This document shows, one piece after another, positions 30,701 through 40,196 of a stretch of 44,854 nt of DNA; within the stretch, counting starts at the first letter, position 1, and the number at the start of each line of letters is the position of its first letter. The DNA lies in assembly GCA_007693605.1 (NCBI GenBank), contig REDG01000022.1, positions 1 to 44,854 of the forward strand, in the 5' to 3' direction. Position numbers and translations under genes: made by a program. The notes beneath the pieces were generated by a model, which worked only from the letters and a program-made list of their open reading frames with translations, searched no databases and was not told the origin of the DNA. The stretch comes from Bradymonadales bacterium (GTDB lineage: Bacteria > Bdellovibrionota > UBA2394).

Positions 30701-30863
30701 CACCTGGCTCGCTATTCATGAGGGCATTGTAGGAAAGAATATTTTAAGGGCTGAGCCGCAAGAACTTGTGAGTTCGATTGGGTTTCTGAATCAGTTACTG
30801 ATCTTTTACCTTGGCGAGGATTTTGAGAGAAAACAGTCTGAAGACGGCATTCCGCTCTGCTAG
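27792..30863 (+). CDS. large hypothetical, predominantly alpha-helical protein
   Basis: 1023-codon open frame; no motif recognised. Confidence 0.7.
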   Translation: MDFEAQLIQSQNWSELRRHYARTTGYSWEQAWLHLHQMEDRGTAIEHFRAALRDPRFEEASMIMLWRLGQKPSLRPASIPPSLRLYEAYQEGELRPFLSFLMSREAEPATRATIFRQVLLSKRAIQKEDLDFVSLKALDPISAYFVGQIFSQRLKQPQVARPLFESFVTDVWTQRVLKESRRCLVDSDMQRRLRHAYAQKDGQSLKRLYRAMEAKLKKQEIPPIWQKALTEALKREQKDLTQNLVGYAFWRGIEWSPSALFEMRSIAFPEPLKPPPFVEAWERFFNSTEKKLAPPIELEPDRLSLWQICVELNPARLSDALLRFPTEERFLFLWSLRSRSLESGVDSLWPAGEVESEVVRKNLERAFERSTNKLIWFDRLRQCGCSQSFYEFAISQIEVPIPSILEDLKAGRLKPSAEVRAHLKSQLTLTSAKGSESSQLSSEQILDSFSYLTPAEMQEVLLSRYVMLEIPSEILNLEYLDLFWGAMDRVSVSVQERWTRSAVDFITTRVDSQNLQEREWRWIQRLWQFDQKALEDFSPSYQDSENFPWSAYLEAAVQHSMDVLVSACIPQIPDERQRAHWIERLIDRLPMTNLKKWASNFQDDNLRLDLQIEILRREAEPLPLIKALVEKLEACSVLNEKPSLIREIITKFFELREEEQLHHFDLLQRLLEEMQSLGACDASFMAKLIEAADALGDWGKSWQWNLQAWFLATDKEKNEILDQFLDSAFRARAIEEAQRILVDFVFQSARPNDLNRNILDRLLGESSAFRIKHLRRELILRSGCLYPLHQKILEYRAQFDYRAYLLWRAFYGDQLDSVCEPPVMKKRKFYRFWGLIQANTQPEMVSAFTRYLDPLSGPPQTTEGHAALGSAQKLLNQWQKSFRVKSKVKVFLSSNLQTPLRFHLESQAISAHPLFFNEIDEKIWAAIVTGYLQILADRERGLYSEPALMERFFQGCLLAGSPIEKVIKLCTWLAIHEGIVGKNILRAEPQELVSSIGFLNQLLIFYLGEDFERKQSEDGIPLC

Positions 30864-30946
30864 TGGTTCAGCCGGAGATAGTGTAACGGTTGGACCACTA
30901 GGCTCAAAGCTTGTTTTATTCTAAGATTCTGTCTAAAGCTGCGAGT

Positions 30947-32251
30947 ATGAATGCTGAGACCTTAGGGAAGTCGATAGAAGCCTCGGGCTTGGCTTCGTCT
31001 GAAAAACTCCTGACCGTCACTCAACTCACTCAGTTGATCAAAGACAACTTAGAAAGCAGCTATTCTGATGTGGTTTTGGTCGGAGAGATTAGCAACTTTA
31101 AGGCTCATAGTTCCGGACATTTTTATTTCAGCCTTAAAGACGAAGGAGCTCAGATTTCGGCCGTCATGTTTAAGGGCTCCAATCAACGATTGAAGTTTGT
31201 GCCTGAAAACGGAATGAAGGTTTTTGGGATTGGAAAGATTTCTGTCTATCCTCCGCGCGGAAATTATCAAATTGTGTTGAGTCGGCTCGAGCCTGAAGGT
31301 CGTGGGGCTCTGCAACTGGCGTTCGAACAACTGAGAGAGAAGCTCAAACTAGAGGGTTTGTTTTCGGCGGACAGGAAGCGACCCATTCCAAGATTTCCAG
31401 AGAAGATTGGAATTGTGACCTCTCCGACTGGGGCGGCAATTCAAGATATGCTTAGCGTCTTAGGCCGTCGATTCTCGGGTGTAGAGCTTAAGATTCTTCC
31501 GGTGAGGGTTCAGGGCGAGGGGGCGGCGGTTGAAGTTGCGAGAGGCATCGAGTGGTTCAATCAGTTTTTTTCAGAAATGGATGTTTTGATTGTTGGAAGA
31601 GGGGGAGGGAGTCTTGAAGATCTTTGGGCCTTTAATGAAGAGATTGTCGCAAGGGCAATTGTAAACTCGAAGATTCCAATCATTTCAGCCGTAGGCCACG
31701 AGGTTGACTTTAGTATTGCCGACATGGTGGCCGATCTTCGAGCCCCAACCCCATCTGCGGCGGCAGAGCTGGTGGTATCGGATCGACTCGAGACTCTTCG
31801 GCGGCTCGACAGCCTGAGCCGCCGGTTGCGAAGATCTCTAGACAAACTTGAAACGCTTCAGATGCGAGTTGATGAGCTGATTCAGCGACTCTATCGAGGC
31901 CTTCAACGGGGGCTGATGGAGCGGCAGGCTGTGTTTCAAAGGCTTCAGATTCGTCTTTCAGACCGCTCCCCTCTATTGAGACTTCGAGAAGTCTCGCATC
32001 GATATCGAGACTTGTCTCAACGAAAGCTTCAGGCCCTGAGAAGACGAATTGAGGCTTACCAGCGGAGGCTCGAGTCTCTTGACATCAAGCGACAGCTCCT
32101 TGACCCTCGGTCAATCATGGCAAGGGGCTATAGCCTGGTCAGAATTCAAAAGACCGGAAAGATCATCCGAAAGGTTTCGGAAGTTCAAATGGGTGAGCGG
32201 CTAGTGATCGAGCTCGCCAAGGGGAAAATCACAGCCCGGGTTTCATCTTAG
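30947..32251 (+). CDS. xseA: exodeoxyribonuclease VII large subunit
   Basis: GEISNF, SGHFYFSLKD, VTSPTGAAIQD, GRGGGSLEDLWAFNEE, SAVGHEVD, RAPTPSAAAE. Confidence 0.96.
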   Translation: MNAETLGKSIEASGLASSEKLLTVTQLTQLIKDNLESSYSDVVLVGEISNFKAHSSGHFYFSLKDEGAQISAVMFKGSNQRLKFVPENGMKVFGIGKISVYPPRGNYQIVLSRLEPEGRGALQLAFEQLREKLKLEGLFSADRKRPIPRFPEKIGIVTSPTGAAIQDMLSVLGRRFSGVELKILPVRVQGEGAAVEVARGIEWFNQFFSEMDVLIVGRGGGSLEDLWAFNEEIVARAIVNSKIPIISAVGHEVDFSIADMVADLRAPTPSAAAELVVSDRLETLRRLDSLSRRLRRSLDKLETLQMRVDELIQRLYRGLQRGLMERQAVFQRLQIRLSDRSPLLRLREVSHRYRDLSQRKLQALRRRIEAYQRRLESLDIKRQLLDPRSIMARGYSLVRIQKTGKIIRKVSEVQMGERLVIELAKGKITARVSS

Positions 32252-33380
32252 TTTGAAGAGCGTCACCAGGCTGAGGGGCCTGAGGCATTTGATTAGGCCC
32301 CCAGTAGAGTGAGGTCGAAGGAAAGGCAAAGGAAACCCCGAGTCTTTCGGCCAGTCTCATAAACTCCAGATTGATCTCCTCTCGAATTCTCAAATACTCG
32401 GCCCACTTTGTGGTTGCAGTAAAGTAGTGAACAAAAATATCAAGAGAGAACGAGTTGAAGTTCTCAAAATGAACCATGTAGACATCTTTTTGCACCTCAG
32501 GATGATTTGCAATGATTTCCCGAACACCATCAACGAAAGCCTTCACTTTGTCTGCCGAGGTGTCATAGGTGATTCCCAAGTACATTCTTACTCGTCTCTT
32601 CGGCATGGCAGACCAGTTCGTGACCACCGAGTTTGCGAGAACTTTGTTGGGAAATGTCACTTGGCTTTTGTCGAAGGTCCGAACTCTGGTAGAGCGAAAC
32701 CCAATTTCTTCGACATCTCCGTTGATCCCGTCCACCTCAATCCAGTCTCCCACTTTAAAGGGTCGATCGGTCAGTAAAACAATAGAGCCAAAGAAATTAG
32801 AAAGCGACTCTTGAGCGGCAAGAGCCACCGCAAGCCCGCCAATGCCAAGGCCCGCCAAAAGACTCCCGACAGAGTATCCGAGGTTTTGGATAATCAGAAG
32901 TCCTCCCAAAATCAGGACAAAAATTCTTAGGCTCTTCTTCATGAGGGGAATGAACTGTTTTTGAACGACGGTGTCTTTATTTGAAAATCGCTCAGACAAG
33001 AACATGGCGAAGATGTCTGTCAGTCGAAACAAAGTCCACACCAATACAACGGCTACAGAAACGCGAAAGGCCTCAAAGACATAGCGGCGAATATCGAGGG
33101 GCTGATCCGGCAAATCTAAGATGTTAAGAGCCACAAAAAGGGAGGCGATGAAGAACAGAGAAGAGACGGGCGGGTTCAGGGCCTTGATCAAAGCCTCATC
33201 GTATTTAATAGAGGTTCTGGAGGTGACCCTCAAAAGGAAGCGAGAAATGTAAATGTCGTAGATCTTCTTTGCGACCAAGCCCAGCAAAAGGGCTCCAAAG
33301 GCCAAAAGGTAACGGCCCCAGCCCTGTTCTCCGAGGCCTAAGAGTTGAAAGAATTCAGCTGTCTGTAGGTTCTCCCACAT
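32229..33380 (-). CDS. small-conductance mechanosensitive channel (MscS family)
   Basis: LAGLGIGGLAVALAAQ, DRPFKVGD, GFRSTR, FAFPS. Confidence 0.93.
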   Translation of the reverse strand: MWENLQTAEFFQLLGLGEQGWGRYLLAFGALLLGLVAKKIYDIYISRFLLRVTSRTSIKYDEALIKALNPPVSSLFFIASLFVALNILDLPDQPLDIRRYVFEAFRVSVAVVLVWTLFRLTDIFAMFLSERFSNKDTVVQKQFIPLMKKSLRIFVLILGGLLIIQNLGYSVGSLLAGLGIGGLAVALAAQESLSNFFGSIVLLTDRPFKVGDWIEVDGINGDVEEIGFRSTRVRTFDKSQVTFPNKVLANSVVTNWSAMPKRRVRMYLGITYDTSADKVKAFVDGVREIIANHPEVQKDVYMVHFENFNSFSLDIFVHYFTATTKWAEYLRIREEINLEFMRLAERLGVSFAFPSTSLYWGPNQMPQAPQPGDALQTKMKPGL

Positions 33381-33386
33381 GAGGCC

Positions 33387-33920
33387 CTAACTTGCCTTAC
33401 GAAGCTTCTGAGTGACAAGTTTTTTCGGCTCTCGAAAGACGCTGATATTCTTGCCTTTGAGTTGTGGGCGATCGGCTAGATACTCAATGCCGACAACGAA
33501 GTTTCTTTCTGAAAGCTCTGCGTACTCATAGTCTCGGCCCATTCGAACCGCATCGACAGGGCAGGCATCTTCACAATAGCCGCAAAAGACGCATCTCATC
33601 ATGTCGATTTCATAGACTGCGGGGTACTTTTCGACAGTGGGCTTTGGCGACTCGGCGGCGACAATATGAATACAATCAGCCGGACAATTGGTCGCGCACA
33701 GCATGCAGGCGGTGCAAGCGATGTCACCATCGGCCTTTCTGGTGAGCACATGAACCCCCATGAACCGATTGGAATAGGCGCGCCTTTCTTCTGGGTACTG
33801 AATTGTGGGCCGATCTCCGATGCCGAGTAGATTTTGTACGAAGTGCTTGCCGGTGGTCGCAAGACCAAAGAGAGTGCTCACAATATAAGACTTGGCCTTT
33901 AAGTTGTTTAGAGCCTTCAT
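33387..33920 (-). CDS. nuoI: NADH-quinone oxidoreductase subunit I
   Basis: TIQYPEE; two CxxCxxCxxxCP 4Fe-4S motifs. Confidence 0.93.
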   Translation of the reverse strand: MKALNNLKAKSYIVSTLFGLATTGKHFVQNLLGIGDRPTIQYPEERRAYSNRFMGVHVLTRKADGDIACTACMLCATNCPADCIHIVAAESPKPTVEKYPAVYEIDMMRCVFCGYCEDACPVDAVRMGRDYEYAELSERNFVVGIEYLADRPQLKGKNISVFREPKKLVTQKLRKAS

Positions 33921-35434
33921 TGCTGTGCCCCTTTCCTTCGATCAATTTCAGTGGGCTTTTTGTACTCTTCCAATAAGAGCCGAAAGCACTCATCGAGCGA
34001 GAGGCTCTCCTTGATCATTCGAAAGCCTCCAGAAAGCTGCTGCTCGCGTCCCTGGAAGTTAATCATGCAGCCTTTCTTTTCATAATGACTGATGCAAGGA
34101 ATCGAAAGAGCTTGGGCGAACAGATCAGCCGCCGCCGTTTGAGGGGTCAGTAGGCTGACAAAAGTATCCGGAGAAGTCGCCTGCGAGAGCGGCGCCAAAA
34201 GATCTGTCACTTGAGGGTCTTCCGGCGCGATGATCAGAAGATGGCCAATCTTGCCCGACTCGAGATCCTTTTTTAAACTCTGCAAGTTCTTCGTTTCAAT
34301 TTTGTGAGCTTTCATTCCCTTCACAAAGCCGCGGCTGTTCGGATAAGGGTCGTTGCGCATCATCAACTCGTCTTTCACTTCGTCTTCATCGATAAGAGCC
34401 TGTACATCGATGGAGTAAAAGGCATTGATTTCCAGGTCCCCTTTCAATGTCTTAAAGACCGTCTCTAGATCTTCGTTCGTTTCAGTCGGAAACAACAGGA
34501 CGGCGATCTCGTCTTGTTGTTCCATCGCAACCAGAGTTTTCAGCTCAGCGGCCAGCATCTGAACCGCCTCTCTTAGCGGAAGCTTTACCCCCCCCAATCT
34601 GGCGGCATTCAACCGTTTATCAAAGTTTGCAGACTTGTAGGTCAGGCGACCTTCGTCGCACATCCAATAGGCGTTCACATCGGCGTTGTATCGAGGTTTC
34701 AGTCGATAAATATGCTTACCCGCTTTGTGGTGTATGTTCACATTGCAGCCGGTGCTACAGCCCCGACAAATGCTTTCAGCCTCCTCTAGAAACCAAACTC
34801 TCTGTTCGAACCGAAAATCCGTCGATGTCAGTGCCCCGACCGGGCAGATATCGACCGTATTGACCTGGTAGTTGCCCTTCATGGGCTCATTGTTGACGGT
34901 TCCGATCACCGACCGATCCCCTCGGTTGAAAATGGCCAGATCAGCCGTCTTTGAGACTTCTTGTGTAAAGCGCACACAGCGACTGCAAAGAATGCAGCGT
35001 TCTTTATCGAGAGTGATTTTGTCTCCTAGGGGAACGACTTTTTCTTTGAGAACTTTTTGCTCTCGCATTTGGCTCTTATATTTTCCGTGCTCCATGAAGT
35101 ACTCTTGCAGGCCGCACTCGCCGGCTTGGTCGCAAATGGGGCAGTCAATCGGGTGGTTGATCAGGTGAAACTCGAGGTTCCACTTGACGGCATCTTTGAC
35201 GCGATCAGACTCCGTACTCACCTTTAGACCGTCTTTGCATTGCATATTGCAGGCAATCTGCAACTTCGAATTACCCTCTTGTTCGACGACGCACATTCGG
35301 CACTGTCCGGCCACGCTTAAGCCTGGGTGGTAGCAGTAATGGGGAATCTCAATGCCATTTTCCTCTGCAGCGTCTACAAGATTTTTACCATCTTCGACTT
35401 CAAACTCTTTTTCATTGATGGTTATTTTCGCCAT
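33917..35434 (-). CDS. nuoG: NADH-quinone oxidoreductase subunit G (short form, 505 aa)
   Basis: IPHYCYHPGL...CRMC, NHPIDCPICDQAGEC, CILCSRCVRF, CPVGAL. Confidence 0.9.
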   Translation of the reverse strand: MAKITINEKEFEVEDGKNLVDAAEENGIEIPHYCYHPGLSVAGQCRMCVVEQEGNSKLQIACNMQCKDGLKVSTESDRVKDAVKWNLEFHLINHPIDCPICDQAGECGLQEYFMEHGKYKSQMREQKVLKEKVVPLGDKITLDKERCILCSRCVRFTQEVSKTADLAIFNRGDRSVIGTVNNEPMKGNYQVNTVDICPVGALTSTDFRFEQRVWFLEEAESICRGCSTGCNVNIHHKAGKHIYRLKPRYNADVNAYWMCDEGRLTYKSANFDKRLNAARLGGVKLPLREAVQMLAAELKTLVAMEQQDEIAVLLFPTETNEDLETVFKTLKGDLEINAFYSIDVQALIDEDEVKDELMMRNDPYPNSRGFVKGMKAHKIETKNLQSLKKDLESGKIGHLLIIAPEDPQVTDLLAPLSQATSPDTFVSLLTPQTAAADLFAQALSIPCISHYEKKGCMINFQGREQQLSGGFRMIKESLSLDECFRLLLEEYKKPTEIDRRKGAQQ

Positions 35435-35435
35435 A

Positions 35436-36806
35436 TCAAAGAAGCTCCTTTGCTTGCAGCTTTTCGCTTAGAGAGGATTGGCCTGAAGACTCGCTAAGAT
35501 ATCGATCAAATTCTTCCGGAAACTTCTCGATATAACTCAGAACGGGCATTGCAATGGAATCGGCTAAAACGCAGATGGTTCGTCCGATCATATTGTTAGA
35601 GGTTGTCTTTAAAAGCTCAAGATCTATCGGTCGAGCCTGTTTCTCTGTAAAGCTGTGAAGGATCTTCATCAGCCAACCCGTTCCCTCGCGGCAGGGGGTG
35701 CACTGACCGCAAGACTCATCGTGATAGAACTCAGACAAGTTCTTCAGTACCTGAACCAAATCTCTTGTTTCGTCCAAGATGATCATTCCTCCAGAACCCA
35801 ACATGCTTCCCTTCGAGGCAATCGATTCATAGTCGAGGGTCATGTCCATCGCTTCGGCCGCCGTCAGAATTGGAGCTGAAGAACCCCCAGGAATGACGGC
35901 CTTCAACTTGCGGCCGTCTTTCATTCCCCTGCAACAGTCTTCCAGCAGAGTTTGAAAGCTGGCCCCACATTCCACCTCGAAAACGCCTTGGCGAACTACA
36001 TCACCGCTGACGGACCACAACTTAGTTCCCGTACTTTTTTCCGTACCAATTCCGGAGTAGGCCTTGTCACCATTGTTGATAATCCAAGGCACCGCGGCCA
36101 GAGTTTCAACATTGTTGACCACGGTAGGGCATTTCAGATAGCCCTCAACGGCTGGAAAGGGGGGCTTCAATTTTGGCCAACCTTTCTTTCCTTCAAGCGA
36201 AGAGATGAGACCGGTTTCTTCACCGCAGATGTAAGCCCCCGCGCCTCGGTGAACAAACATATCATGATCGAAGCCGGAGCCCAGAATGTTCTTGCCGAGG
36301 TAGCCTGCTCGATAAGCTTCTTTAATCGCTTCTTCGACAATCTTGGTCGCATAGGTGTACTCCCCTCGAATATAGACATAAGACTTTTTGGCCTGGACGG
36401 CGTAAGCACCAATAATCATTCCCTCAATCATCATATGGGGGAGGTGTTCCAAGATCACACGATCCTTAAAAGTGCCTGGTTCAGACTCATCGGCATTGCA
36501 AAGAAGGTAGTGGGGTTTGCTCTGATCTTTGGGAACGAAGTTCCACTTCAAGCCTGTCGGAAAGCCGGCACCTCCTCGGCCTCGAATGCCGGAACCCTTC
36601 ACGGCTTCAATCACTTGATCAGGGCTGAGCTTCTTCTCCAGAATTTTTTTGAGAGCATTGTAGCCACCCTTTGATTCATAGACAGAGATTCTCCGAATCC
36701 CTTGAACGCCCAAATGCTCAAGCAAGATTCTCTTTTCTCCTGGGGCTGGACTAAGATCGACTGCCATGGGCCGCATATTTCGGTGATGTTGAGTTTCTCT
36801 CATCAT
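35436..36806 (-). CDS. nuoF: NADH-quinone oxidoreductase subunit F
   Basis: GRGGAGFPTG, NADESEPGT, GAGAYICGEET, ESCGQCTPCREG. ATG 36806 overlaps the nuoE stop. Confidence 0.96.
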   Translation of the reverse strand: MMRETQHHRNMRPMAVDLSPAPGEKRILLEHLGVQGIRRISVYESKGGYNALKKILEKKLSPDQVIEAVKGSGIRGRGGAGFPTGLKWNFVPKDQSKPHYLLCNADESEPGTFKDRVILEHLPHMMIEGMIIGAYAVQAKKSYVYIRGEYTYATKIVEEAIKEAYRAGYLGKNILGSGFDHDMFVHRGAGAYICGEETGLISSLEGKKGWPKLKPPFPAVEGYLKCPTVVNNVETLAAVPWIINNGDKAYSGIGTEKSTGTKLWSVSGDVVRQGVFEVECGASFQTLLEDCCRGMKDGRKLKAVIPGGSSAPILTAAEAMDMTLDYESIASKGSMLGSGGMIILDETRDLVQVLKNLSEFYHDESCGQCTPCREGTGWLMKILHSFTEKQARPIDLELLKTTSNNMIGRTICVLADSIAMPVLSYIEKFPEEFDRYLSESSGQSSLSEKLQAKELL

Positions 36807-37345
36807 GGCGTTTGAGGCTCTCCTTCTTTGCACGAGTTGATTAAGCGATTCAATTTTTCAGGGTTCAGATTTTCGTAGTAGGCTTCGTTCACTTGTACGA
36901 TGGGAGCTGACCCGCAACTTCCCAAGCACTCCACTTTCGCTACACTAAATTTTCCGTCTGGAGTGACTTCTCCTGGCTTGATGCCAAGCCGAGAGCATGT
37001 GTTCTTATAGAGTTGATGAGACCCCGCCATCCAGCAACTTAAGGTCATGCAAAACTGTAAATGGTGCTGACCCACAGGGTGTCGGTGATACATATGGTAG
37101 AAAGAAACAACCTCTGTTACTTGAGCAGGGCTCAAGTCCATCAACTCAGCGACATATTCAACGACGGAGTCTGAGAGGCTGCCGAACTCATCTTGTGCCA
37201 AATGAAGTACAGGAAGTAGCGCAGACCTTTTAGAATCGTAACGAGTCAGAAGCTCATCGAATTTCTTTTTTGCCTCATTCGAAAACTTGGGTGTTTCTCG
37301 GTCTGGTTTTTGTTCTGGTACTGCCGAATTTGCCATCGTCTCCAC
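36803..37345 (-). CDS. nuoE: NADH-quinone oxidoreductase subunit E
   Basis: SFY, C.TLSC, ECLGSC..AP. Confidence 0.94.
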   Translation of the reverse strand: METMANSAVPEQKPDRETPKFSNEAKKKFDELLTRYDSKRSALLPVLHLAQDEFGSLSDSVVEYVAELMDLSPAQVTEVVSFYHMYHRHPVGQHHLQFCMTLSCWMAGSHQLYKNTCSRLGIKPGEVTPDGKFSVAKVECLGSCGSAPIVQVNEAYYENLNPEKLNRLINSCKEGEPQTP

Positions 37346-37364
37346 TTTCTCCTTACCTAAACTC

Positions 37365-39062
37365 CTATCGATCTAGTTCGCCCGCAATCACATTCATCTG
37401 CCCCAGAGTGGCCACAGCGTCTGCAATCAAGCCCCCTTGAACGACTTCTTCAAAAGATTGGTAGATCGGAAAACAAGGGGGGCGGACCTTGAGTCGGTAG
37501 GGCCGTCCACTTCCGTCTGACACCAAATAAAAACCGAGCTCACCGTTGGCGGCCTCGGTGTAAGAGTAGACATCTCCCACTGGAGGCTTGATCCCGTCGA
37601 TGATTAACATAAAGTGGTTCATGAGGGCTTCAATATTGGAGTAAACTTCATGCTTTGGAGGCAGAACAATCTTAGGGTTGTCAATAGACACAGGCCCTCC
37701 GGGAAGCTTGTCTAGGGCTTGTTCAATAATCCGACAACTCTGTCTCATCTCTTCAATTCGAATCAAGTATCGAGAGAAGTTGTCTCCGTCAGTTAAGCAG
37801 GGGATATCGAACTCAAACTCATTGTAATGATAGTAGGGCTCCAGCTTTCTCAAATCCATGTCGACACCAGAGGCACGCAAACATGGGCCGGTGAACCCAT
37901 AGTCAATGGCCATATCTTTGGGAATGACACCGGTGTCTCTCATTCGTTTGAGCCAGATCTTGTTGTTGGTGAGCAAGCCGTCTACTTCGTCGATTGTTTC
38001 TCTTAGAGCTTTCACTCGTATTCTGGCGTCTGCGATCCAATCATCTGACAGATCACCGGCTAGTCCTCCGACCCGAGTGATCGAGGTGAGCATTCTATTT
38101 CCGCAAAGCTTTTCAAAGAGTGTGTAGACATCCTCACGCGCCCGAAAGCAAAACCAAAAAGTGGAGAGCGCCCCCATGTCGACAGATGTCGTGCCAATAC
38201 ATACCAAGTGATCAATAATTCTAGAAAACTCATTCAAAATGACTCGGATGAACTGAGCTCGATCTGGAATTTCGACTCCAAGCAGCTTTTCAACGCTCCT
38301 ACAATACCCGTCATTGTTCATCGGGGCAGAACAGTAATTCAGTCGATCGGTGTAAGGGATGACCAGATTGTAGGTGTGAGTTTCTGCCATCTTCTCAAAA
38401 CAGCGATGAAGGTAGCCGATTTCAGCGATTGCCCTTGTGATGGTCTCTCCTTCAATTTCAACGAACCATCTGAAGGTGCCGTGCGTTGCAGGGTGCGAGG
38501 GCCCCAGGTTGAGAGTCATTCTTTGATCTGTTAAAACATCTTCATCTTCATCAACGGGAAGCGGATCGAATTCAAAGTCGATAGGCTTGCTCAATACTTG
38601 GTTGCCGGTAGCCGGATAATCCTTGCGAAGCGGATGACCTTTAAACTCGTGATGACAAAGAATTCTCGTCAAATTCGGATGCCCATCAAAGTCGATTCCA
38701 ATCATATCGAAGGCTTCTCGTTCAAACCAATTGGCAGCTCGGTAGACCTTGGTCAGAGACGGAATCTTTTCTCCCTCTGAGTGGGGGACTTTCACTCGGA
38801 TTCGCTTGTTTTGCTCTCGGTTAAAAAAATGATAGACGGCCTCAAGCGGCTTCTCTCGCTCGGGGTAGTGCACTCCGGCAATGTCCATCAGCCAATGAAA
38901 TCTGCGCTCATTCTTTAAGAACCCGGCAAGTTTTTCTACGGCCTGGGGCTTGATCGTGATGACGAGTTCATTCGAGTTAGTGGAGCTCTCTTGTATCGAA
39001 TCGACTTGGTCGTTCGGAAGAAGCTTCTTCACTTGTTGATCAATTTGATAAAGGTACTCCAC
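37365..39062 (-). CDS. nuoCD: fused NADH-quinone oxidoreductase subunit C/D
   Basis: WFEREAFD, GHPLRKDYP (NuoC); GPSHPATHG, GYLHR.FEK, DRLNY, GELDR (NuoD). Confidence 0.95.
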   Translation of the reverse strand: MEYLYQIDQQVKKLLPNDQVDSIQESSTNSNELVITIKPQAVEKLAGFLKNERRFHWLMDIAGVHYPEREKPLEAVYHFFNREQNKRIRVKVPHSEGEKIPSLTKVYRAANWFEREAFDMIGIDFDGHPNLTRILCHHEFKGHPLRKDYPATGNQVLSKPIDFEFDPLPVDEDEDVLTDQRMTLNLGPSHPATHGTFRWFVEIEGETITRAIAEIGYLHRCFEKMAETHTYNLVIPYTDRLNYCSAPMNNDGYCRSVEKLLGVEIPDRAQFIRVILNEFSRIIDHLVCIGTTSVDMGALSTFWFCFRAREDVYTLFEKLCGNRMLTSITRVGGLAGDLSDDWIADARIRVKALRETIDEVDGLLTNNKIWLKRMRDTGVIPKDMAIDYGFTGPCLRASGVDMDLRKLEPYYHYNEFEFDIPCLTDGDNFSRYLIRIEEMRQSCRIIEQALDKLPGGPVSIDNPKIVLPPKHEVYSNIEALMNHFMLIIDGIKPPVGDVYSYTEAANGELGFYLVSDGSGRPYRLKVRPPCFPIYQSFEEVVQGGLIADAVATLGQMNVIAGELDR

Positions 39063-39088
39063 TTCGTGAATCTCCTAACTTTTCCTTC

Positions 39089-39652
39089 TTACTTTGAGCC
39101 CGGGTTGAGCGCCTGGTCGTAGGTTTCTGCTTCAGCATTACTCTTTGCGGCGATTTGCCGGCGATTTTGAATTCGATCTCTAGGGCTTTGGCCTTTCATG
39201 ATTTTTTCCTGAAGCTTGATGATCGCGCCAATGACCGACTCTGGGGTGGGAGGGCAGCCGGGCACATAAACATCCACGGGGATAATCGACTGAATGCCCT
39301 GAACGGTGTGGTAGGCTCGGTAAAAGCCTCCAGAGGAGGCGCATACGCCCATGCTTACGACCCATTTGGGGTCTGGCATCTGTTCGTAGACCCGACGAAG
39401 AACCGGGGCCATTTTTTCGGTGATTGTGCCCGCCACAATCAGTAAGTCACTTTGTCTTGGAGAGAATCGTACGACTTCGGCGCCAAAGCGAGAGACATCG
39501 TAGTGAGATCCTACGACGGCCATATACTCGATTCCGCAACAAGCCGTCCCGAAGGGGAGGGGCCAAAGGGAGTGCTTCCGACTCCAATTAACAAAGTCTT
39601 GAATCCGCGTCGTAAAGACGGGGATTTGGTCGAGAGGGGTCAATGTCTTCAT
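39089..39652 (-). CDS. nuoB: NADH-quinone oxidoreductase subunit B
   Basis: [30 protein letters not shown]. Confidence 0.96.
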   Translation of the reverse strand: MKTLTPLDQIPVFTTRIQDFVNWSRKHSLWPLPFGTACCGIEYMAVVGSHYDVSRFGAEVVRFSPRQSDLLIVAGTITEKMAPVLRRVYEQMPDPKWVVSMGVCASSGGFYRAYHTVQGIQSIIPVDVYVPGCPPTPESVIGAIIKLQEKIMKGQSPRDRIQNRRQIAAKSNAEAETYDQALNPGSK

Positions 39653-40012
39653 GAAGCGCTCCTTCTTCGAATTTTAGGAGTAAATCGAGCCCAGCCGTCT
39701 GGTCCGAAAATCAGGTTGCCTCCAAATGGGGCCTGAACACCTGAGTTTAAGGTAACATAAACTGAAGAATCGGAAAAAGCTCCTAAACGCTCATTTATCT
39801 TAGTGAAAGCCGTAAACTTGGGCAACTTTCGACATCTTCAATTTACGGGCTTAGAAGCCCCTTCGATGGGTCCGAAGCCCAAACCCACCAAGCCAGAAAG
39901 CGAATCTTTTTGCTGCCCCCGCCCAAAGACAATTTAAGTTGATTCTCAAGCTCTCTCGACTTATTGCTGATATCGGCATCTCTTTTCCAGGCCATTCGAC
40001 CCCCAATCGCAT

Positions 40013-40089
40013 GGTGTCTGTAGCTCAGTTGGTAGAGCCCCGGATTGTGATTCCGGTCGTCGTGGGTTCGAGTCCCATCAGACACCCCA
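40013..40089 (+). tRNA. tRNA-His (GUG) with G-1 and encoded CCA
   Basis: G-1 plus GTGTCTG/CAGACAC-C73 acceptor stem, D arm GCTC/GAGC, anticodon arm CCGGA-TTGTGAT-TCCGG, T loop GGTTCGAGTCC, CCA at 40087-40089. Confidence 0.97.
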
Positions 40090-40196
40090 TCTTGCGTCCT
40101 CTTTTTCCGCCCAGCTTCGTTGCTCTCCTCACTGCGCTGCTCATATGGATGACCAACCGGCAAGTTAGAATATTGAATATTTTCAAACATATGATG

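Noticed and set aside
35952..36674. 240-aa antisense ORF inside nuoF, and other antisense ORFs inside long genes
   Set aside because: Typical antisense shadows of conserved coding sequence; no motifs.
40143..40163. Strong promoter formed at the IS circle junction
   Set aside because: Best candidate is TTGCCG with AATAAT at 19-bp spacing, too weak to assert.
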